Shown here piece after piece: positions 53,240 through 64,000 of a DNA stretch of 64,000 bases. The translations under genes were made by a program, and so were the position numbers. The stretch is from the NCBI GenBank assembly GCA_963706955.1, contig CAVPOC010000008.1:672001-736000 (forward strand), written 5' to 3'. The stretch's first letter is position 1. Each line of letters begins with the position of its first letter. The notes below the pieces were generated by a model. It had not been told where the DNA came from. It worked only from the letters and a program-made list of their open reading frames with translations, and did no database searches. The DNA comes from an uncultured Verrucomicrobiae bacterium. Lineage in GTDB: Bacteria > Verrucomicrobiota > Verrucomicrobiia > Chthoniobacterales > Terrimicrobiaceae.

Positions 53240-56200
53240 TTACCGACTTCCAAGTTGTTCTTCCACCTCAGAGAGCCGCGCTGCGGGGTTCGCGATCACA
53301 CCTTCCAGGAGCCTCACGTAGTTGCGCACCATTCTGCGAACGAGGGCAGGATCATGGAGACGTGCATCGAACTTGGCACGGCCCACGAAGATGCGGCCTC
53401 CGTCATGCACCCCCATTTGAAAATTCCATGGCATCATCGTCTTCGTGTTGCCACCGGGAAAGAATTTCATCTCGAGGTTTCCCAGCCGATAAGACTTCGT
53501 CGAGGACGTCCCCACCATGAAGATGGCGCGAACTTCCGGCCACCCGTAGCCGCGCTTTTGCATCTCACTTCCGAGCACCTCAAACGGCATGTCCTCATGA
53601 GCGTGAGCATTCAAAACCGTTTCCCGAACTCTTCGCAGGACCTCCAAAAAGCTCAGATCGCTTGAAAGGGTCGTCCGGAGCAAGCCGATGTCGCAAAAAT
53701 AACCCATCATGTTTTCCGAACCCGACGCGCTTCGGTTGGCCATATATGTTCCCAACATCAATTCATTCTGCCCGGTGAGCAGATTGATCAAGGCCTTCAG
53801 GGCCGCGAGAAGTGTCATAAATAAGCTAGCGCCTTCCTGCCTGGAGAGCTCTTTAATACCTGCCGAAAGCTGCTCGGACATCTCAAAGCGAGCGAGCACA
53901 TCGTCAATCGACGCCGTTTTCAGCGGTTTGGGACGCTCGCAGGGCAGCCTGAGACTTGGGTTCCCAGAAAGCTGCTTTAGCCAAAATGCAAGGTGCGCCT
54001 GGTAGGTGGTCGAATGAGGATCCAGATAATTTCTTTGCCAAACTGCAAAGTCCGCCTGCTGCACGCCTAATGCATGCAACGGTGAGGTATGACCGGCGCT
54101 AAGTGCCGCATAGAGCGCATGCAGCTCATTGAAGAAAATCGGCAAAGACCAAACGTCATACGCCATGTGGTGAAGCGTAAGGACAAATTTATGGTGATCG
54201 CGCGCCCAACAGAGCACTGAGACGCGCATCAAGGGTCCTTTCTCAAGATTGATTCCAGAAGTCTTTTCGGCCAGTAGAAGTCGCACTGTTTCCGCTTCGG
54301 TATCCGGAACTTCACTGAGATCAAGAAAGGCGAGCTGAAAGTCGCTCTCGGGACTCGACTCGCTGAACTGGCAGTCCGTCGACAATATGAAAGGTCGACC
54401 GAAAAACCTCATGGCGGCGCGCCAACTCTTGAAGACTCCGCTCCAGACTGGACAGATCGAGTGGCCCTTCGATCGTGAATACCATCACATTTAGATTACT
54501 GGAATCCGTGCCAGCACGCTCATTCCGCCAGAGCCGCTGCTGGGCAAAAGAAAGGGGCAGCGGCTGGTCACGGGAAACCCGCTCGATGGGCGGGCGCACC
54601 GTCGCCAGATTCTGGGCGACTCTCTCTTCGATGTAGCGGCTGAAATCCGAGATGGTGACATGCTCAAACAACGCGGTCACCGGGATCTCGACATGCATGA
54701 TGTTCCGCAGGGTCATCACGACTTGAATCGCCAGGAGCGAGTGGCCACCGTGCTCAAAGAAGTTTCCCTGCACACCAAGATCCGGCACACCGAGAACCTT
54801 CGCCCAGACCCCGCGCACGATCTCCTCGGTCGGAGTAAGCTTCGCGTCCGGATCCGCCGTGGACTGCGCTTGAGGCTTGGGCAACGCCCGCCGGTCGAGC
54901 TTGCCGTTGGCCGTTAGCGGCAGGGCTTCCAGCTCCACAAACGCCGTCGGGATCATGTAGGAGGGCAGCTTCCCCTTGAGAAAGCCGCGCCAATCGTTGG
55001 CGCGCCCTTTGGCTCGCTGCACCAGATAGGCCACCAACTGCCGCTCGCCAGGCGCATCCTCGCGCACCACGACAACCGCATTCTCTACCTCGGGGTGCCG
55101 ATTCAAGACGACTTCGACTTCGCCCGGCTCGATGCGAAAGCCCCGAATCTTAACCTGATTATCCACCCGGCCGATGAATTCGATGTTCCCATCGGCTAGA
55201 TACTTCACAATGTCGCCCGTCCGATAGAGTCGCTGGGTCTCATCGGCGGCAAACGGGTCGGCGACGAAACGCTCGGCCGTCAATTCCGGTTGGTTAAGAT
55301 AACCCTGCGCCACGCCGGGCCCGCCCAGGTAGAGCTCACCGGGAACTCCGATGGGCAGGGGAACGCCGTACTTGTCGAGGACGTAAGCGGTGGTGTTGGC
55401 AATCGGCCGGCCGATCGGGATAGTCGTGGCATTCTTTTCCACATCGGTCACCAGATAGAAAATGGCAAAGGTGGTGCACTCGGTGGGACCGTATGCGTTA
55501 AGAAGCCGGCGGGGAGGGCCGCCGCTTTCCAGCGAACGGCGGACTGACTGGGGATTGACGGCCTCACCGCCAACAAGCACCTGCTTGACACTCTGAAAAA
55601 TCCGGTCGTTGGCAGCCACCAGTTCATTAAACAGAGCAGTGGTCACAAAGAGTGTGCTTACCTTCCACCGTTCGAGTTCCGTGCCGAAACGATGAGCGTC
55701 CAGAGCGACGGCCTTGGGCACTACGACAACGCTGGCCCCATTCAGCAAGGCGCCCCAAATCTCAAACGTCGCGGCGTCAAAGCACACATTGGAAATGTGG
55801 GCGATGCGATCTGTCGAACCCAACTCGACGTAATTAGTGTTGAGCACCAGCCGCATGATCGCGCAGTGCGGCACGGCCACCCCCTTGGGAACTCCCGTCG
55901 ATCCGGAGGTGAAAATGACGTAGGCGAGATCCCTCGAGGTCGGTTCCGAGACAGCCTCGTTCTTCCCCGGAATCTGCACCTCGCCGCCCTCGGTTTGCGC
56001 CCGGTCTCGATCCAGGCAAAAGACCCTGGCTCCGGTCGGCGGAAGCGATGCCTCCGACTCGGCGACGGTTAGAATCACGGGTGCGGCAACCTCTTTCAAA
56101 ATAAGGGCCAGTCGCTCGGCCGGATACTCCGGATCCAACGGGACGTAAACGCCGCCAGCCTTGAGAATTGCTAGCATACCGATGATCATCTCCGTGGAAC

Positions 56201-59200
56201 GATCCACGCACAGGGCCACTCGCGACCCCACCGCCACGCCTTCACTTCGCAAAAGCTCGGCAAGGCGTTCAGAGCGATCGTTCAATTCCCCGTAGGTTAG
56301 CGTTGTTCCCCCTTTGCCAACCACAGCAACGGCATCCGGCTGCAGCGCAGCCTGGCGCTCAAATTCCTGATGAACGCACCGCTCGGCCGGATACGGCGTT
56401 GCGGTCCGATTCCACTCGACAACGACTTGGTCGATCTCTTGTTCATTAAGCAACGGCAACTTCGAAAGCCGTCGATCTGCATCCCTGGCAGCGCCCTCCA
56501 AGAGTCGGCAGTAATGTCCGATCATTCTGACGATTCTATCGGCCTCGAATCGATCCGGGTTATAGACGATCTGCCCGGTCAGCCCTTCCTCAGTTTCCCA
56601 TAGATGCATCTCCAGCTCAAAGCGACTCGTAAAAACCTTCGACCCCGTCAGGCTCATCTTTATGCCGGCTGTCTCTATGACGCGCTGCAACGGGAGATTT
56701 TGCAGCGACAGCATCACCTGGATAAACGGGTTCTGTCCCCAACTACGCTCAGGCGCGAGATCCTCTACGAGTTTCTCAAAAGGCATGTCTTGAAACTGAT
56801 ACGCCTTCAGGGTCACCTCCCGCGTTCGACGCAAAACCTCCCGAAAAGTCGGATCCCCAGAAAGATCGGTGCGCAAGACCAGCGCGTTGACAAAAAATCC
56901 CAGAAGTCCCTCAACCTCGCTGCGATCGCGATTGGCAATCGGCGAACCTATGACGATATCCTCCTGCCCAGTATAGCGGTGTAAAAGGGTTTGCAGCCCG
57001 GCAAGCAGCGTCATGAACAACGTCGCTCCCTCTTGGATCGCCAACCGTTTCAATTCGGAAACAACCTCCTTGCTTATCGAGATGCGCTCGCCAACTCCGC
57101 GAAACCCGCCCTCCGCAGACGGCGGCCTGTCCGCGGGGACTTCAAGCTTTGAGGCTCCCGCAAGCTGCTCCCTCCAGTAATCCAGCTGCTTCTGCAAAAC
57201 CTCTCCAGAGAGCCAGTCTCGCTGCCAGGCCGCAAAGTCAGCGTATTGAATGCTCAGAGGCCTTAGCGATTCGCGTCGCCCGTCCACGGCGTTTTCATAA
57301 AGCTCCGCCAGTTCCCGATACATCACCGTGAGTGACCACCCGTCAGTGATGATATGATGCAATCCCGCCCAGAGTATGTGCTGCGTGTTATTAAGCTTAT
57401 AAAGCCGCCAGCGGACCAGAGGACCTTTGGCTAAGTCATACGGACGCTCGCCTTCGGTCGCCGCATCCTGCAACGCTTCAGCTTCACGTTCTTCGAGAGG
57501 AATGCCCCTCTGGCTCAAATCGATTACTTGCAGCTCTGGCTCCCAATCATCAACGATCTCTTGCACCTGTCTATCGTCTTGCGTTGGGAATCTCGTTCGC
57601 AACGATTCATGTCGGCGCACAAGCTCAACAAGCGCCACGCGCAATGCGGAGATCGACAAGGCTCCCTCGAGACGTATCTGCAAATTAACATGATATCCCG
57701 ACCGCCCTGGATTCATCTGCTCAGTCATCCAGAGCCGCTGCTGGGCAAAAGAAAGGGGCAGCGGCTGGTCACGGGAAACCCGCTCGATGGGCGGGCGCAC
57801 CGTCGCCAGATTCTGGGCGACTCTCTCTTCGATGTAGCGGCTGAAATCCGAGATGGTGACATGCTCAAACAACGCGGTCACCGGGATCTCGACATGCATG
57901 ATGTTCCGCAGGGTCATCACGACTTGAATCGCCAGGAGCGAGTGGCCACCGTGCTCAAAGAAGTTTCCCTGCACACCAAGATCCGGCACACCGAGAACCT
58001 TCGCCCAGACCCCGCGCACGATCTCCTCGGTCGGAGTAAGCTTCGCGTCCGGATCCGCCGTGGACTGCGCTTGAGGCTTGGGCAACGCCCGCCGGTCGAG
58101 CTTGCCGTTGGCCGTTAGCGGCAGGGCTTCCAGCTCCACAAACGCCGTCGGGATCATGTAGGAGGGCAGCTTCCCCTTGAGAAAGCCGCGCCAATCGTTG
58201 GCGCGCCCTTTGGCTCGCTGCACCAGATAGGCCACCAACTGCCGCTCGCCAGGCGCATCCTCGCGCACCACGACAACCGCATTCTCTACCTCGGGGTGCC
58301 GATTCAAGACGACTTCGACTTCGCCCGGCTCGATGCGAAAGCCCCGAATCTTAACCTGATTATCCACCCGGCCGATGAATTCGATGTTCCCATCGGCTAG
58401 ATACTTCACAATGTCGCCCGTCCGATAGAGTCTGCCTCCTTCGACAAAGGGATCAGCCACAAATTTCTCGGCCATCAGTTGCGGCTGATTCAAATAGCCT
58501 TGAGCCACTCCGGCGCCGCCTAGATAGAGTTCTCCCGGCACGCCTATGGGCACGGGATTGCGATACCGGTCAAGCACGTAGGCCCGAGTGTTCGCAATCG
58601 GCCGACCAATGGGGATTGTGGACGCACCCTCCAGCACATCATTAATGGGATAAAAGGTCGCTACGGTGGTGCACTCCGTCGGTCCATAGAGATTGATCAG
58701 ATGGCGCGGTGCCCCGCCGCCCTCGAGCACGCGGCGCACCCGTTGAGCATTGGCCGCTTCGCCTCCAAAAAAAACTTGCGCGACCCCTTCGAAGACCCGT
58801 GAGTTGGCACGCGCTAGTTCATTCAATAGCGCGGTCGTCACCAGCAAGGCGCTTATCCTCTGACGCTTAATCTCCTCAGCCAAAAGTCGCGGATCAAGGG
58901 CCACCGCCTTCGAAATCACTACCAACCGGGCACCGTTGAGCAAGGCTCCCCAGATCTCAAAAGTCGTCGCGTCAAAGCACACGTTGGAAAGGTGGGCCAT
59001 GCGATCGTCCGGACTCAGATGGACATAGTTCGTATTGCACACCAGATGCACAACCCCTTGATGCAGCACCCCCACACCTTTTGGCGTGCCGGTCGAACCC
59101 GAAGTGTAGAGGACGCAGGCAACAGTTTTGCTTGGCTGCAGCGGCTCGATCGTGGGCTGCATGCCGGCCTGCTTCACCAAGGGCCAATCGCGATCCAGGC

Positions 59201-61187
59201 AAACAATTTCCGCGCCGGTTTTCGCGATAACCTCATCAAAGGGTTCGTCCGTTATCACGATCTTGGCCTCGGCGTCTCTGACCATGAAGTTCAGCCGTTC
59301 AAAGGGATAGCTCGGATCGAGCGGTAGATAAGCCGCTCCGGTCTTCACTATGCCCAAGATGGAAACGATCATCTCCGGCGAACGTTCCATGCAAATTCCC
59401 ACCTGTGATCCAAAACCGGCCCCACGCGTTTGCAGATAGCCGGCTAATTTGTCGGCTCGTTCTTTAAGTTCGCCGAAAGTAAGAACCTCATCCCCGCTAA
59501 CCACCGCGATCGACTGCGGTTGACGCTCAGCCCATGCATCAAATACCTCGTGAAGACATTCTGGCGACGGATTCGGATTTGTCGTCGGATTCCACTCCAC
59601 AAGAAGCTGGTCGGCTTCTTCTTCGCTGAGCAGCGGCAATTCCGAAAGCGGTTGATCTGACTTACTCGCAGCCTCCTCCAAAAGGCGGCCAAAATGCCCA
59701 ATCATCCTGATCACCCTGTCGGCGTCGAAGCGATCCGGATTGTATACCACCTGCCCAGTTAGCCCCTCATCAGTCTCCCAAAGGTGCATCTCCAACTCAA
59801 AGCGAGTGGTTAGAGCCTTGGAATCCAAAAGGCTCACCTTGAGGCCCGCCGCATCAAAGCTCCTGCGCAAGGGAAGATTTTGTAACGAGAGCATCACCTG
59901 GATGAATGGGCTTTGCCCCCAACTGCGCTCAGGCATCAAGTCTTCTACGAGCTTCTCAAAGGGCGTATCTTGGAACTCATAAGCTCGTAACGTCACCTCC
60001 CGGGCTCGGCGTAAAGTCTCTCGAAAAGAAGGGTTGCCGGAGAGGTCGCCGCGCAGGATCAAGGCGTTGACGAAGAATCCCACAACGCCCTCGACCTCGA
60101 TCCGATTGCGATTAGCGATTGGTGACCCTACTACGATGTCGTCCTGCCCGGTGTAGCGATGCAAAAGAACCTGAAGCCCCGCAAGCAACGTCATGAAGAG
60201 GGTGGCGCCTTCCTCACTGGCCAACCGCTTGAGCCCTGAGACAACCTCGTGACTTATGAAAAAGCGCTCGCCAGCTCCACGAAACATGAGCTCAGGTAGA
60301 GGTGCCCGGTCCGCCGGAAATTCGAGTTTGGCAGCTCCATCCAATTGTCTCCGCCAGTAATCGAGCTGCTTCTGGAGGACCGCTCCAGAAAGCCAACTCC
60401 GCTGCCAGACCGCAAAGTCCGCGTACTGAAGGCCCAATGGACTAAGAGCTGGCTGCCGCTGCGTCACGGCGGCCTCATACAACTCTGCCAATTCACGACA
60501 GATTATCGTGAGGGACCAACCGTCGGTGACGATATGATGCATTCCCACCCACAAGAGATGTCGCGTGCTGTCAAGCCGATAAAGCCGCCAGCGCACCAGT
60601 GGTCCTACTGCCAAGTCGTAGGCGCGCTGGCCTTCCCGAGCGGCATCAAGCAGCGCCTCGGCTTCGGCCCTCTCCAAAGATCCTTTTTCGCTAAAATCGA
60701 TTTCGTCGAGCGACGGTTCCCAGTCCGTGGCTATCTCTTGAACGGGTCCATCGTCTCCCATCGGGAATCTCGTCCGCAACGATTCATGTCGGCGAACCAG
60801 CTCCACGATGGCCCAGCGCAAGGCAGAAAGGGACAAAGTTCCCTCGAGTCGCAAGCGCAAGCCCACATGATATCCCGATCTCCCGGGATTCATCTGCTCA
60901 ACCATCCAGAGACGCTGCTGCGCAAAGGAGAGCGGTAGCGGTTGACCACGAGGAACTGGGCGTAACAGTGGACCGTCCTCTCCATTGAAAACGCGCGACT
61001 CGCGAAGAAAATCCAAAATCTCCGCTTTTCGTGCCGTCAACTCTTCGCGAAGCTCAGCGGTCAGAACGCCTGATGGAGCGCTGACGCGCAATCGTCCCTC
61101 CTCGTTCGAAACTCGCAGATCCAGTTTCTGCAGCTCGGCAAGAAATTTCCATACTGGCTGCGAAGCCTCCCTGTGCGCCTTTTCCAT
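53240..61187 (-). CDS. NRPS: N-terminal docking domain-C-A-T-C-A-T-C(terminal), with an apparent +1 frameshift near 54350
   Basis: TubC-type N-terminus. C domains HHIVTDG and HHIITDG. A domains TSGSTG.PKG, YGPTE and YRTGD. T domains GGHSL twice. Terminal C domain HHMAYD lies in ORF 53240-54412. Restored length is 2648 aa. Confidence 0.93.
54528..55231. repeat. 704-bp direct repeat, copy 1
   Basis: Matches 57729-58432 at offset 3201. Encodes LYRTGD...T domain...LSFAQQRLW, and the two protein segments are identical. Confidence 0.92.
57729..58432. repeat. 704-bp direct repeat, copy 2
   Basis: Matches 54528-55231. The flanks diverge abruptly on both sides. Confidence 0.92.
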
Positions 61188-61225
61188 TATTCGTTCAGAG
61201 CGATGATTTGGGGAACTGGAGGTGA

Positions 61226-64000
61226 TCACAAGACTAGATCTTCGTGGTCGACGGCGAGAGGAGCAAAAGAGGTCTTGGCACCGCTGCACCGCGCGCCGTC
61301 GATATATTCCGCAAGAGCAGCGACGGTGGCATTCTCAAAGAAGACGCGCAGCGGAATATCCAGACCGGACGCACTTCGCAGCCGGGAAATAACGCGCATG
61401 GCCAATAAGGAATGGCCGCCAAGGTCAAAGAAATCCTCATGAACTCCGACGCGTTCCGCGTCGATCACTGCGGACCATGCCTCGGCAACCATCTGCTCTG
61501 TCGCGTTACGAGGATGTATCGGTTCAATCGTGTCGTTTTCAAAAGTTGGAGCCGGCAGCGCGCCGCGGTCGATTTTGCCCGTAGAGGTGAGAGGAAGTTT
61601 TTTAAGAAGCACAAAGGTGCCCGGCACCATGTAGTCGGGGAGTTTGCTGCGCAGAAACTCTCGCCAGTCTTGAGGAAGATTGCCATTCCGAGGCACGATG
61701 TATGCCACTAGCTGGCGTTCTCCCAGGTCGCTTTCGCGCGCCACGACGATGACAGCCTCGACATCAGGATGGCGGCCCAGAGCAACCTCGACCTCACCCG
61801 GTTCGATCCGAAAACCACGGATCTTAACCTGATGATCCAACCGCCCGATAAACTCGATGTTTCCGTCGGGCAGATACCTTACGATATCGCCAGTCTTGTA
61901 GAGGCGTTCACCCTTCTCGGTTCCGAAAGGATTGGGCACAAACTTTTCTAGCGTCAACTCCGGGCGGTTGAGATAGCCGTGAGCTAAACCAGGGCCACCG
62001 AGATAAAGCTCGCCGGGCACGCCGATGGGCACCTGCTTGCCATGCTGGTCCAGCACGTAGGCGGTGGTATTGGAGATCGGGCGGCCGATGGGAATGGTTG
62101 CGGCGTCCTTCTCCACGCGAGTCACCGGATAGAAGATGGCAAAGGTAGTGCACTCGGTGGGGCCGTAAACATGAAGCAGTCGACGGGGAGGACCGCCGCT
62201 TACCAGCACACGGCGAACGGGTTCAGGATTGACGGCTTCACCGCCAAAAAGCACTTGCTTGACACCCTGAAAGATCCGGTCGTTGACCGTGACGAGTTCG
62301 TTGAAGAGAGCGGTGGTGAGAAAGAGGGTGCTAACTTTGTGCCGTTCGAGTTCGGTGACAAAACGCTCGGAATCCAGAGCAACGTCCTGGGGAATGAGCA
62401 CAACGCTGGCACCGTTGAGCAGGGCACCCCAGATTTCGAAGGTGGCGGCATCAAAGCAGACGTTGGAGAGGTGTGCTATGCGATCCTGCGGCCCCAGCTC
62501 CAGATAATTGGTATTGAGCACGAGGCGGATAATTGCGCAGTGCGGCACGGCTACCCCCTTGGGGGTGCCTGTCGATCCCGAAGTGAAAATCACATGGGCC
62601 AGATCCGTTGATCTCGCCTCCGAGGCAGCTCCGGTTGAAATCGGCATCCGCGTCCCTTCGATTAACGGCCAGTCCCTGTCCAGGCAGATCACCTTTGCGC
62701 CGGTTGGAGGAAGGGCTGCCTGCGCCTCGGCCACCGTCAGAATTACTGGCGCGGCAACTTCATTCAAAAGAAAGGTAAGCCGCTCAGCCGGATAAGCCGG
62801 ATCCAGCGGCACATAGACTCCGCCAGCTTTGAGAATACCCAGCATCCCAACAATCATTTCCAGAGAACGGTCCACACACAAAGCCACATGAAATCCGCGC
62901 TGGATGCCGCAAATTCGCAAATAGGCAGCGAGGTGATCGGCCCGCGAGCTCAGCTCCCGATAGCTCAATGTTTTCTCTCCCAAAATTAGAGCCGTCGCTT
63001 GTGGAGATTGCGCAACTTGTGCGTCGAAGAGTTGTTGCAGCGTCACCTCGGGCAGAGGCTGCGCGGTGTCGTTAAAATCCTTGAGTAGTCTTTGCCTCTC
63101 CTCGGAAGAAAGCAGGTCCAATCGATTGAGAGGCATATCCGGAGTCGCCACGGCTTGATCGAGCAAGCGCAGCAAGAGCGCTGCGATAGTTTCGGACCTT
63201 GCCTGCTCAATTCGCGTCGGGTCGTAGTCCATGCGGAGCCGCAGCCGCTCCCGGGGAACCACCTTCAAGGATAGCGGATAGTGTGTCACGTCCCGTGCCT
63301 GAATACCGGCTAGACGCAAACCATCCACCGGTTGGGTCAGCGCAGCGTTGTCCAGCGGATAGTTCTCGAATACCATGATCGTGTCGAAAAGCTCTCCGCA
63401 TTTCGTTTGCTGCTTGATCTCCGCAAGGCTCACGTGCTGGAAGGGTAAAAGTCGTGCCTGGCTCTCCTGAATGCCAGTAAGCAGCGTTGCCAGAGATGCC
63501 TCGGAATCCAGCCGTACGCGCAAAGGCAGGGTATTGATTAAAAGTCCGAGCATTTGCTCTACGCCCGGTAGCTCCGCTGGCCGACCGGATACCGTCACTC
63601 CGAAAACCACATCGTCGCGGCCGGTGAGCCGGCCGAGAAGCAATGCCCACAGCCCCTGCATGATTGTATTCACGGTGAGGCCTCGCTCTCGCGCCAGTCT
63701 CTGCAATGCATGGCAAAGATGCTCTGGCAGTTCGCTCTGCAAGAATTGGGGGGCAGTGGATGAGGCGTCTCGGTGCGAGGGAGACGCGAGGAGCGTCGGA
63801 CCATCGAGATCGGCCAAGTAGTCCCGCCACGATGCCAAGGCCGCTTCGCTATCCTGTTTGGCAAGCCAGGCCAAATACTCCGAATATGGACGCACTCGCG
63901 GCAATGCCGCCGGACTTCCATCGTCGCGATATAGCGCAAAGAACTCGCCGAGAAGGACCGGAAACGACCATCCGTCCAGCAGCAGGTGATGGTTGGTGAA
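61226..64000 (-). CDS. NRPS, 3' part: C (DCL-like)-A-T (5' end outside the window)
   Basis: The frame is open to the window edge: FTNHHLLLDGWS...FGVTVSGRPAEL..VEQMLGLLINTLP, an A domain, then FFDLGGHSLLA, ending HEDLVL. Confidence 0.93.
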   Translation of the reverse strand, partial: FTNHHLLLDGWSFPVLLGEFFALYRDDGSPAALPRVRPYSEYLAWLAKQDSEAALASWRDYLADLDGPTLLASPSHRDASSTAPQFLQSELPEHLCHALQRLARERGLTVNTIMQGLWALLLGRLTGRDDVVFGVTVSGRPAELPGVEQMLGLLINTLPLRVRLDSEASLATLLTGIQESQARLLPFQHVSLAEIKQQTKCGELFDTIMVFENYPLDNAALTQPVDGLRLAGIQARDVTHYPLSLKVVPRERLRLRMDYDPTRIEQARSETIAALLLRLLDQAVATPDMPLNRLDLLSSEERQRLLKDFNDTAQPLPEVTLQQLFDAQVAQSPQATALILGEKTLSYRELSSRADHLAAYLRICGIQRGFHVALCVDRSLEMIVGMLGILKAGGVYVPLDPAYPAERLTFLLNEVAAPVILTVAEAQAALPPTGAKVICLDRDWPLIEGTRMPISTGAASEARSTDLAHVIFTSGSTGTPKGVAVPHCAIIRLVLNTNYLELGPQDRIAHLSNVCFDAATFEIWGALLNGASVVLIPQDVALDSERFVTELERHKVSTLFLTTALFNELVTVNDRIFQGVKQVLFGGEAVNPEPVRRVLVSGGPPRRLLHVYGPTECTTFAIFYPVTRVEKDAATIPIGRPISNTTAYVLDQHGKQVPIGVPGELYLGGPGLAHGYLNRPELTLEKFVPNPFGTEKGERLYKTGDIVRYLPDGNIEFIGRLDHQVKIRGFRIEPGEVEVALGRHPDVEAVIVVARESDLGERQLVAYIVPRNGNLPQDWREFLRSKLPDYMVPGTFVLLKKLPLTSTGKIDRGALPAPTFENDTIEPIHPRNATEQMVAEAWSAVIDAERVGVHEDFFDLGGHSLLAMRVISRLRSASGLDIPLRVFFENATVAALAEYIDGARCSGAKTSFAPLAVDHEDLVL

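Noticed and set aside
9574..54360. Programmed frameshifting or pseudogenisation as the explanation for the split genes
   Set aside because: There is no common slippery site, core metabolic genes are affected, and all six are single-base insertions. Sequencing error is more parsimonious.

Overview
This is a gene-dense, GC-rich bacterial chromosome segment. Gene content and order suggest Verrucomicrobiota, possibly Chthoniobacterales-like (inference only). Most of it is housekeeping: ispE, pyrF, yajQ, tatD, guaA-coaD-[membrane protein]-yceD-rpmF-plsX-fabH, aat, ldhA, alaS, a Gld-type ABC set, sucAB, hisD-folP-dacA-glmM, glgB, gltA and sucCD. Four accessory loci stand out. (1) A bufferin-type MNIO (DUF692) RiPP operon with a six-Cys repeat precursor, DUF2063 and DoxX, plus an extra exported thioredoxin/DUF255 gene. 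(2) An unannotated 54-aa CdaR-like membrane microprotein overlapping the 3' end of the diadenylate cyclase gene and coupled to glmM. (3) A kinase-pseudokinase-TM-SEL1 receptor next to a stand-alone OvoA-type methyltransferase and a TPMT-type methyltransferase. (4) The 3' end of an NRPS cluster that ends in a condensation domain rather than a thioesterase, carries a 704-bp identical internal repeat, and runs into PPTase-GT2-asnB-GT4 glycan-modification genes. Six genes (plsX, sucA, sucD, the kinase, GT4, the NRPS) are each broken by exactly one extra base, which most likely reflects insertion-biased sequencing error. I recognised no rRNA, tRNA, CRISPR array or transposase.
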